Part shown: piece after piece, positions 17,139 through 25,279 of the stretch
Position numbering within the stretch: position 1 is the first letter of the stretch
Layout: the number at the start of each line of letters is the position of its first letter
NCBI GenBank assembly: GCA_945879145.1
Contig: CAMCUZ010000006.1
Coordinates: 5,790 to 69,789, forward strand
Direction: 5' to 3'
DNA: 64,000 bases
Source of the DNA: an uncultured Mediterranea sp.
GTDB lineage: Bacteria > Bacteroidota > Bacteroidia > Bacteroidales > Bacteroidaceae
Notes under the pieces: model-generated
The model's database searches: none
What the model saw: only the letters and a program-made list of their open reading frames with translations
What the model was told of the DNA's origin: nothing
Program-made: the position numbers and the translations under genes

Positions 17139-18953
17139 ATGTTTTGTCCAGAATGTGGAACAAGAATCGATGAAAAGGGTGCGCGCTTCTGCCCCGAATG
17201 TGGTACGCGGCTTGATGAATTGGAGGAGCCGGCACAGCCTGCTGACCCCACCGCTACGGCACCCACGCCCGCTGATTCTGCCACCGCCAAAGAAGATAGT
17301 GCAGAGTGGGGGTTGATACTCACCAACTGCCGCCTGCTGGCCGCCAAGCTGGGAGGAACTGTGGACGAGCTGAAGCAGTTGCTGCACTCCTACATCGAGG
17401 CACGCAACGCCTCGGGGGTAGCGTATGAGTTGATCGATGCAGACAGCTACACCTATCGCAAGCGCGGCTTCCTGGGACGCTCCTGCACCGTAACTCTTCA
17501 GCCCGACTCCCCCTGGGGCGACTACCTCGACCTGCTGGACGATGCGGTGGAGGCACGTACAGGACGGCGTGCCAAGGGGCAACCCCTCTATCTCTTCATC
17601 CTGGGTAGCAACGACATCATCCCCATGCCCTGCGTGCCTCATCCCGTCAAGGAGGTGAGTGACAACGATATTGATACCGACCTGCTCTGGGCCTACCCCT
17701 ATGGCAAGAGCATGGTCGATGAGCTGCAGAGTCTGAACATCTTTCACTACGACCAGCAGCTCATGGTAGGCCGTCTGCCCGTGGGCAACGATACGGACTG
17801 GAACCAATTCGTGGGTTATCTGCAACGTGCCTCGGACAACAGTTACGGCATCCCCTCTGGCTTGACCTACGGCCAGTGCGACCCCCATTGGAAGCGGGTC
17901 TCGTCGGCCGTAGCCAGCGGTGTGGCCACTACGCTCCGCAACCTGGGTGCGCTTCCCGCTGAGGGCTATTACCGCGGACTGATTCTCTCGCCGGCCTATA
18001 CGGCTGAAAATCTGAATAAGGTCTTTGCCCCCGATGCCAATCTCTACTACTTCAACCTGCACGGCAGCAATGCCCCCGAGGCCGCTGGCTACTACGGTAC
18101 CACCTTGGAGCAGCGTCCCAAGTGCTACACCGTGATGCACCCCCTCTTCATGCAGGCCTGTCAGGAGCCTAACGTGGTGGCCTGCGAAGCTTGCTACGGT
18201 GCACGTCACCGCGGCATGGACCGTGAGCACAGCACCTTGCTGGCTGCGCTCTATGCTGAGACCCTGCTCTTCGTAGGCTCTTCGCGCATCGCCTGGGGCG
18301 ATGTGGATGCCGTTGACGGCTCTGCCCCCACGCCGATGTTGGCCGATACGCTGGTTGCAACCTTCATGAACGCCCTGCAAGCGGGCTATACCGCCGGATT
18401 GGCCCTTTTCCTGGCCAAGTCGGCCGTGATGCAACAAGATAGTCAGGGCCGTCCGCATACGGCTGCCACGTTGCTGGAGTTCAATCTCTTCGGTGACCCG
18501 TCGCTCTACCTCAACGTATGGGACGACGAGCAGAGCGACAAAGCGAATAGAGACATCGAATCGGCTGAGGGCACAGAAACCTCGCGTCCCACAGCCGCAC
18601 CTGCCGAGGCACTTACCCAGCCAGCCTCGCAGAGTTACGTCTGCCAGACCGAGGTTGTGGGAGGAGCGAACGCCACCACCGCCTCATCGCCCAGCGCCTC
18701 GCTGCTACAGCGTGTCCGTGCCCAGGTCAACGCCAACGTGATGCACATCCACGATCAGATGGCCCGTCACCTCTACAGTCGCTACGGCATACCGCCTCGC
18801 CCGGCCGATGCCATTTTCCGGGTGCGTTATGCCGATGGTACCGAAGAGCTTCGCTTTGACTATACCATAGAGACAGAAGGAGAAGTGAAACAGACACTTA
18901 CCTTGTCCACAGACACGCAAGGAAGCATCAAACATCTCATCGCAACCAAGTAA
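17139..18953 (+). CDS. Double-zinc-ribbon + C25 (gingipain-like, clan CD) cysteine peptidase, no signal peptide
   Basis: CPECG x2 at the N-terminus. FILGSNDIIP, MVGRLP, FNLHGS (His308), CEACYG (Cys352), FVGSSRIAW and FNLFGDP motifs. Confidence 0.72.
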   Translation: MFCPECGTRIDEKGARFCPECGTRLDELEEPAQPADPTATAPTPADSATAKEDSAEWGLILTNCRLLAAKLGGTVDELKQLLHSYIEARNASGVAYELIDADSYTYRKRGFLGRSCTVTLQPDSPWGDYLDLLDDAVEARTGRRAKGQPLYLFILGSNDIIPMPCVPHPVKEVSDNDIDTDLLWAYPYGKSMVDELQSLNIFHYDQQLMVGRLPVGNDTDWNQFVGYLQRASDNSYGIPSGLTYGQCDPHWKRVSSAVASGVATTLRNLGALPAEGYYRGLILSPAYTAENLNKVFAPDANLYYFNLHGSNAPEAAGYYGTTLEQRPKCYTVMHPLFMQACQEPNVVACEACYGARHRGMDREHSTLLAALYAETLLFVGSSRIAWGDVDAVDGSAPTPMLADTLVATFMNALQAGYTAGLALFLAKSAVMQQDSQGRPHTAATLLEFNLFGDPSLYLNVWDDEQSDKANRDIESAEGTETSRPTAAPAEALTQPASQSYVCQTEVVGGANATTASSPSASLLQRVRAQVNANVMHIHDQMARHLYSRYGIPPRPADAIFRVRYADGTEELRFDYTIETEGEVKQTLTLSTDTQGSIKHLIATK

Positions 18954-18980
18954 AATAGAAACAAACTAATCCCAATAACT

Positions 18981-19078
18981 CGTAGCTTGTAGCTCGTAAC
19001 TTGTAGCTCGTAATTCGTAGCTCGTAACTCGTAGCTCGTCACTTGTAGCTCGTCACTTGTAGCTCGTAGCTCGTAACT
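18981..19078. repeat. Heptamer tandem array (YGTMRYT-like) x14
   Basis: CGTAGCT/TGTAGCT/CGTAACT/CGTCACT units fill the intergenic gap. Confidence 0.9.
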
Positions 19079-19088
19079 GAATAACAAT

Positions 19089-21476
19089 ATGAAATGTCCA
19101 AAGTGTAACGCAGAGCTCCGCGAAGGTGCCAAGTTTTGCACCAAGTGTGGAGAAAAGATTGTTCAGCAATCAGAACAGAAGGCCGAGCAGCAGCCGGTCT
19201 GTGCAAAGTGCGGCACCCCGCTGAAGCCGGGAGCCAAGTTCTGCACAAAGTGTGGTACCAAAGTGGCCGCTGCAGCGCCTGCCCCAGTTCAGGAACCCAA
19301 GGCACCGCAGGCCGCTCAGGATATGCAGGCCGCAGCCGGTCGCATCTACTGGAACATACAGCCCGGATTGGTGGCCCGCGTCATCAGCGAGGCAGAGTTT
19401 GACACCTACCGCAAGGTGCAGGGTGTGATTATCCCCGAAGGCACCACCGCCTATATCCGCTGCAACGGACGAACCATCGCCTCCATCAGCGGAGGTACCT
19501 ACGACTTCCAGGAAGAACATGCGGGCAACGTGTTGACTCATACCGCAGAGGCCGCTGGCAATGCCTTGAGTCGTGGATGGCAATTCATCACCTCCCTCTT
19601 CCGTCGCAAGAACCCCGAGCCTAAAGCTGAACCCACGGCCCAGGAACTCTACGACCAGCAGCAGAAGCTCATCCTGGAGAATGCTCGAAGGGGCGCTGCC
19701 TTCTCGGTCATCATCCTGCTCGATAAGGCTTTCCCCATCTTGATTGGTGCCAAGCAACCCAGTCTGGACGACTACGCTCTCTTTAAACCGATGAAGATTC
19801 AGACGGCGCACCTCGAACTGGAGGTGGGTGTCAACGCCTACTTCCGCATCACTCACCCCGAGCAGTTTATCCTCCACTACCTTACCGATAAGACGTTGCT
19901 CAACACGGCGGCCATTGTCGATGAGATAACCGATTCCGTGCGCGTCGTGCTCCAGGAGACCCTCTATCAGACTGACCTGCCCGACGGACGGGTAAGCCCC
20001 GAGCTGCACGCCCTGCTCAAGGAGCGCATCAACAACGTGGCCGAACAGGCCTTCTTCGGTCTCTCGGTGGTGCGCATTGTCGAAGTCTCAGCATCCAACG
20101 AAGACCTCAACCGCTTTACTACCCTGAGCCGTGAGCTCTACCTCTCGGAACAGGAACTTGACTACCTGCGTCGCACCAACGACTTCAAGAACCGACTGGC
20201 TGACGTCAACAATGCCCAACAGCTGCACGAAGCCACCACCGACCTCGAACTGAGACGACAGCTCCATGCCATCAATCGCAACAGCCGCCAGGAAGATCTG
20301 CTCAACGAAGATGAACTGGCCAAGTTTGAGCTGCTGCTGCGCAACGAACGGATTCTGCGTGAAGCACGCTCCGATGAGGAGCGCGAAGCCGCTCTCCATG
20401 AGATTCGCAAGAGCGGACTGATTCGTGAAGAGGAGCTGCAGATGATGAAGGAGAACATCCAGGTCAATGCCTACAAGCGCGGTGTCGCCCTGGCCATGAT
20501 GCAGCTCAAGGACAGTATAGAATTTGAACGTACCCGTCTGGAGGGAGAAAGCGAAAAGGCAGAACTCGTTGTCCGTAAGGAGCTGCAACTGCAGCAACTC
20601 AAGGATGAGTATGCCGACAGTCGTTTCGACCGCGAACTCGACCAGCAACGCCGTGTGGCGGATGCTCAGCTCGACGTGGAGCAACGCCGCCGCGACATGG
20701 ACTATAACGATACCAAGCGGCTGCACGATTTGCAACGCGAAGACGATGATGCGCAGTTCCAGCAGTTCCTGGCCATGCAGAATGCCGAGGAACAGCAGCG
20801 TGAGAATCAGCGTCGCCACGAGGCTGAGATGCAGCGGCAGCAACTGCAGAACGCCCAGGAGATAGAACGGTTGAAGTGGGAGGGTGCACGCGACCTCTCC
20901 GACGAGAAGGTGTGGGCCATGCAGGGTGGCGAGGCCGCCGTGGCATACGCTCAGAGCAAGTACAGTGCCGAGAACGAACGGCGCACCCGCGAGCTGCTCG
21001 AAGCACAGCGCCGTGAGCAGGAGGCCCGTCTGGACCACGAGCGTCAACGCCGCGAGGAAGCCGACCGTGCCAACCAGGATCGTATGTACGAGATGATGAA
21101 CAACATGATGAATATGACTGGAGCGATTGCCGGCGTGCGCAACCAGGAGCGCGAACAGCGCAACCAGGAACGACTGGCCGACCGCGACCGTGAACTGCGC
21201 GAGCGCGAAGCGCGTCTGCAACGCCAAGAGGGACGCATGGACACCGCCTACGACCGCGCCTTGGATTACACCACGCGCAACAACGTGCAGCCTCCCGTAC
21301 AACCGCAAGGGTATGTACAGCAACCTGCTCCTCAGGGCTATCAGCAGTCAGCAACTCCTGTGCCACAGCCTGCTGCACCCGCTGCGAAGGAACTACCTGC
21401 TGTATGTCCAGAATGCGGTGCAGCGGTAGAACCTGGGGCGCTGTTCTGTGAGGATTGCGGAGCTAAGCTGAGTTAA
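19089..21476 (+). CDS. Zinc-ribbon + SPFH/Band-7-like + coiled-coil protein with C-terminal zinc ribbon
   Basis: Four N-terminal CxxC motifs, GVIIPEGTTAYIRCNGRTIASISGGTYDF (SPFH-like start), ~300 aa of E/R/Q-rich coiled coil, a P/Q linker and CPECG..CEDCG. Confidence 0.65.
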   Translation: MKCPKCNAELREGAKFCTKCGEKIVQQSEQKAEQQPVCAKCGTPLKPGAKFCTKCGTKVAAAAPAPVQEPKAPQAAQDMQAAAGRIYWNIQPGLVARVISEAEFDTYRKVQGVIIPEGTTAYIRCNGRTIASISGGTYDFQEEHAGNVLTHTAEAAGNALSRGWQFITSLFRRKNPEPKAEPTAQELYDQQQKLILENARRGAAFSVIILLDKAFPILIGAKQPSLDDYALFKPMKIQTAHLELEVGVNAYFRITHPEQFILHYLTDKTLLNTAAIVDEITDSVRVVLQETLYQTDLPDGRVSPELHALLKERINNVAEQAFFGLSVVRIVEVSASNEDLNRFTTLSRELYLSEQELDYLRRTNDFKNRLADVNNAQQLHEATTDLELRRQLHAINRNSRQEDLLNEDELAKFELLLRNERILREARSDEEREAALHEIRKSGLIREEELQMMKENIQVNAYKRGVALAMMQLKDSIEFERTRLEGESEKAELVVRKELQLQQLKDEYADSRFDRELDQQRRVADAQLDVEQRRRDMDYNDTKRLHDLQREDDDAQFQQFLAMQNAEEQQRENQRRHEAEMQRQQLQNAQEIERLKWEGARDLSDEKVWAMQGGEAAVAYAQSKYSAENERRTRELLEAQRREQEARLDHERQRREEADRANQDRMYEMMNNMMNMTGAIAGVRNQEREQRNQERLADRDRELREREARLQRQEGRMDTAYDRALDYTTRNNVQPPVQPQGYVQQPAPQGYQQSATPVPQPAAPAAKELPAVCPECGAAVEPGALFCEDCGAKLS

Positions 21477-21520
21477 TTTCACATAGTAGCAACTAAAATA
21501 ATAGGTATAATAGATAGCTT

Positions 21521-21766
21521 ATGGCAACCATAACACGTCAAGGAACCCTGGAACTGAGGACGAAGAACGAAGGCTCAAAGTCTGAAGGGCAGTATGCCAT
21601 TCTCCTTACGGATGAGGGAGCCGAATTCACCCTCTATCGTGCGGGCAACATGCCTATGGACGATCCCTTCTTCGCCCCCTACGACGGCAGGATAGTCGAA
21701 GTAGTAGGGGTGGAGGAAGACCCTTACTTCAGGGTGGAGGAGATAAAGCCTTGTGATCATATATAA
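21521..21766 (+). CDS. Small hypothetical protein (81 aa, beta-rich, NEGSKSE motif)
   Basis: Fills the operon gap, has an AT-rich leader and a protein-like beta-strand pattern. Confidence 0.7.
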   Translation: MATITRQGTLELRTKNEGSKSEGQYAILLTDEGAEFTLYRAGNMPMDDPFFAPYDGRIVEVVGVEEDPYFRVEEIKPCDHI

Positions 21767-21778
21767 AACGAAAAGAAT

Positions 21779-23020
21779 ATGGGAGAACCAAGAATCTGTC
21801 CCGATTGTGGGATGAAGGTGGCAGACGACGAACGCTTCTGCCCCAATTGCGGAACTGAGGTTCCGATGAACTCTGCAGCACCGACACCGACTGTTGCGGA
21901 TGCGCTGGCCCCATCGCAAGAGGAGCCTATGATAGGTGCTGGTGCCCGAGTGAACGCCACAGGAGGCATTCACCGTACATCCAATCAGCACGTGAATGTC
22001 AGCAACCAGCAGGTAGATAACTCGAGTAACATCAGCCATACCACCAACAACACCACTATCGTGATGGGCGGTACGGGCGAAGCCAAGTATTGCGAAGTGT
22101 GTGGCAACCCTCTGGAGGATAAACACCCACGCTGCCCCAAGTGCGGCAAGCAAATCTGCTTCGACTGTAAGGTGAAGGGTAAGAACCGCTGCGTGGAGTG
22201 TGAGAAGAAGGCTCAGGAGGAGTACCGCATCGCCTTCCAGCAGCTGCTGCTCACCACCAACGGCAATCTAGGGGCTGCTGGCCGCCAGATGATGAACAAC
22301 AAGGCACGCGAACTCGATGTGGAGGATGTCAAAGCTGACTTGGAGAAGGAGTTGATCGCTCTCTATCGTCCAGCGGTTAAGCCAGTACAACCTGATGTGG
22401 CAGCGGCTACCCATGCCGCCACAGCCGCAGCCGCTGCTGCCGCTGTGGCCCACAAGCCCGCGGGACAGAGCTCCTCAACGGGGGCTGCAAACGGTCCAAA
22501 GGGATTGGGAGCCCTGAGTGGTGGCGAGGGACTCCGTCCACAGCCCAAGGGTAATGAGGGTGGTGGCAACCGAATGCTCTGGTTTATCCTGGGTGGCGTG
22601 GCCGCTGTGGCTGTGATTGCTTTCCTGGCTTTTGGTGGCAAGGGAGAGTCTCAGTCCGCTACCCCAGCAGAAACTCCAGTCGTAGAGCAGGCGGCAGGTT
22701 CAGCAACCGCTGCGCCTAAAGCGGTTGCACCGCAACAACAGGCTACCCCAGCTGCTACGACTACCCAACCTGCTGCGGCTAAGCCTGCTGCTCCAGCTAC
22801 GGATGCCAACTACGACGAGGGCCTGAAGGCCTTCAAGGCTGGCGAAGGACTGAAAGCCATCGAGTGCTTCAAAAAGTCGGGCACGGCGCAGGCCAACTAC
22901 ATGCTGGGCGTCATCTACGAGAATGGATGTGGCAATGTAGGCTCAAATGCCATGATGGCCCGTAAATACTTCAAGAAGGCTGCCGCACAAGGTAGTGCGG
23001 AAGCAAAAGCAAAACTGTAA
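21779..23020 (+). CDS. Zinc-ribbon membrane protein with C-terminal TPR/Sel1-like repeat
   Basis: CPDCG..CPNCG, then CEVC/CPKC/CFDC/CVEC, TM MLWFILGGVAAVAVIAFLAFGG, a P/A/T linker and ANYMLGVIYENG..ARKYFKKAAAQGSAEA. Confidence 0.75.
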   Translation: MGEPRICPDCGMKVADDERFCPNCGTEVPMNSAAPTPTVADALAPSQEEPMIGAGARVNATGGIHRTSNQHVNVSNQQVDNSSNISHTTNNTTIVMGGTGEAKYCEVCGNPLEDKHPRCPKCGKQICFDCKVKGKNRCVECEKKAQEEYRIAFQQLLLTTNGNLGAAGRQMMNNKARELDVEDVKADLEKELIALYRPAVKPVQPDVAAATHAATAAAAAAAVAHKPAGQSSSTGAANGPKGLGALSGGEGLRPQPKGNEGGGNRMLWFILGGVAAVAVIAFLAFGGKGESQSATPAETPVVEQAAGSATAAPKAVAPQQQATPAATTTQPAAAKPAAPATDANYDEGLKAFKAGEGLKAIECFKKSGTAQANYMLGVIYENGCGNVGSNAMMARKYFKKAAAQGSAEAKAKL

Positions 23021-23046
23021 TTTGTTTCATTAATAAAAGATATATT

Positions 23047-23964
23047 ATGAAAAAGATGATTATTTTTTCAGTCTGCTTCCTTCTGGTAGCAGCTACCCTT
23101 TTAGCACAGGAAGAGTACCGTAAACCTACCGTTCTAGTAGCTGGATTCAAGTATGCTGGCAATGTATCTTCTAGTGAGTCTGAGACGTTGCGCAACTCCA
23201 TCATTGCTTCCTTGTCACGAAAAGCTCGTATTCGCTTAATCGACCTCAATACAGAAACCACGCTTTCTGAAGAACAGAAACGTCGCCTCAACGAGGCCAC
23301 TATCTCCGACCTCATGGCGAATGGAGGTGAAGAGATGCAGCGTTTAGTAGCCGACTATATTGTCGTGGGTACGGTCAACAATGTGACCGAGGAGACCAAG
23401 GAGTATAAGGACAAATCAGGTAAGGTGACCTACAGTTATGAAGCTACGGTCACTTTCTCCGTACAGGCCATCGCTTCGAAAGATGGTTCCATCGCTTATT
23501 CGGGTACGCTGACCAGCAAGGAGACAGATGATAATAAGTCGAAGGCTCGTGCTGAGGCTTTCAGAACGGGTCTGGGATGTGGATTTGTGGAGCATCTGGC
23601 CCATCTTGAAGGCGAAGTTTACGAAGGCGATTATACGGAGAAAAAGGATAAAATGCTAACTTGTTTCATCAAACTGGGTGCTCTGCAGGGAGTTGCCGAG
23701 GGTGATTATTTTGAGATCTGCAAGGTGAAGTACGTGGCTGGCGAGGCACTCTACGAAGAGGTGGGTAGCCTGGAGGTGACCACTGCGCACAACAAGATTT
23801 CGGAGTGCAAGGTGCGCAAGAAAGGTGCAGAGGATGTGCTGGCTGCCATGAAGCAGTATTTACGTGACCGTACCCTCAATCCCGAGGCTGCCAAGCCGCT
23901 GATTGTACGTAGCGGATGCAAACCCGCAAGTGGCTTATTGGGTATCGGCTTCTTAGGCCTTTAA
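23047..23964 (+). CDS. Exported CsgG/TolB-N-like protein with FlgT_C-like C-terminal domain
   Basis: Signal peptide, KPTVLVAGF, ADYIVVGTVNNV, VTFSVQAIASKDGSI and IKLGALQGVAEGDYFEI patterns. Confidence 0.6.
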   Translation: MKKMIIFSVCFLLVAATLLAQEEYRKPTVLVAGFKYAGNVSSSESETLRNSIIASLSRKARIRLIDLNTETTLSEEQKRRLNEATISDLMANGGEEMQRLVADYIVVGTVNNVTEETKEYKDKSGKVTYSYEATVTFSVQAIASKDGSIAYSGTLTSKETDDNKSKARAEAFRTGLGCGFVEHLAHLEGEVYEGDYTEKKDKMLTCFIKLGALQGVAEGDYFEICKVKYVAGEALYEEVGSLEVTTAHNKISECKVRKKGAEDVLAAMKQYLRDRTLNPEAAKPLIVRSGCKPASGLLGIGFLGL

Positions 23965-23983
23965 TCAAATGAGAAGAAAAACA

Positions 23984-25279
23984 ATGAAACCATTATACTA
24001 TAAATACATTCTCTTGTGCCTGGTGACCATGGCTCTCTCAGTCTTGCCACTGAGGGCACAGCTACAAGGTGCTGACTGGCAGAATGTATCCTGTACGGCA
24101 CCATCTGACAAGCTGGCTACCTTTCGCTCTGAGGGTAGTGCTGATAAGAAAGATCAGGTTGCAGCCGATGCCAAGTGTCGCCTCTTCTTCGCCCTTTTTT
24201 ATAGAGGAGTTCCAGGAATTAATGACGAACAACCGTTGATTGATAACGATGATCCTCGCATCACTGCACCTTTCTTCAATGGCAGTCGGGCTTTTGAGGC
24301 CTATGTCATCAATACCGAAGGGGGCACTGACAATGCTCGCAAGGTGGATGGAAAGTATCGGGCTGCGGTGACCATTACGGTCAGCATGAAGGTGCTCTAT
24401 GAATACTTGCAAAAGCATGGTGTGATGGAAAAGAAATCGCTCTTTGGCAGTGAGTCAGGTCCGCTGATGCCTAGCATCATTGTGGTACCTTATCGCAAGA
24501 CGGGGGAGAACTTTGTATCCATTTTGGAGAATGACTTCGACAGGCGTTTGGCTGTATCCAATGTGGTCGATGGATTCCGTTCACGCAACGTGGTTACCTC
24601 GAACATCGAACAACTGGTGCGCAGCGCACAGCGGCGGGATGCTTACAATGCCAACAATGCCACGTCGAATGACCGCGAGTTGCTGCTTTCATCGGGTGCT
24701 GATGTCTATGTGGAAGTGGACTTGAAAAAGAATTCCAACGAAAAGGGTAATCAGGTTTCGCTGATTCTCCGTGCCTACGAAACGGCTACGGGTGCTGAGC
24801 TGGCCAGCAAGGATGGTATCACCAACTACTATCCCCAGGCCTCAACCGAGAAGTTGGTTAAGCTCGCTGTGCAGAGTCATCTGCAAGCCTTCCTGGATGA
24901 TATTTGTTCTCATTGGACCAAGCCTGCAACGGCCTCAGGACAGGGTACACGGGTTGTTATGCAGTTTGACCTTGATGCCTCTTGTACGGCTACCTTGCGT
25001 GATCCTGTGGCTGCTCAGAATGGCCAGCCGCTCACTAACGTACTCCGTCTGTGGGTGCGCAAGAACTGCTTCAAGGCGCAGTATCACCTGAAAGGTGCCG
25101 TGGATGAAAGTATGGTCTTTGACTATGTTACCATGCCTCCTGTCGATCAGGATGGATTACCCATGGATGCTGAGCAGTTTGCTTATTTGCTCCAAGAATT
25201 CCTTAATGAAAAGGGTGTATCTACACGATACGTGACCGAAGGCAACACCATTTTGTTTACTATCTTATCTGTTGACTGA
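23984..25279 (+). CDS. Exported DUF6175-like protein
   Basis: Signal peptide, LMPSIIVVPY, GADVYVEVDL and LILRAYETATGAELAS (CsgG/TolB-N-like core). An upstream alternative start exists at 23969. Confidence 0.55.
   Translation: MKPLYYKYILLCLVTMALSVLPLRAQLQGADWQNVSCTAPSDKLATFRSEGSADKKDQVAADAKCRLFFALFYRGVPGINDEQPLIDNDDPRITAPFFNGSRAFEAYVINTEGGTDNARKVDGKYRAAVTITVSMKVLYEYLQKHGVMEKKSLFGSESGPLMPSIIVVPYRKTGENFVSILENDFDRRLAVSNVVDGFRSRNVVTSNIEQLVRSAQRRDAYNANNATSNDRELLLSSGADVYVEVDLKKNSNEKGNQVSLILRAYETATGAELASKDGITNYYPQASTEKLVKLAVQSHLQAFLDDICSHWTKPATASGQGTRVVMQFDLDASCTATLRDPVAAQNGQPLTNVLRLWVRKNCFKAQYHLKGAVDESMVFDYVTMPPVDQDGLPMDAEQFAYLLQEFLNEKGVSTRYVTEGNTILFTILSVD

Noticed and set aside
16281-21378. Long antisense ORFs (16281-18458, 19170-20009, 20088-21323 and others)
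   Set aside because: They are shadow frames of GC-rich genuine genes and have no recognisable motifs. The same applies to 3645-5006, 6453-7049 and 33984-35087.
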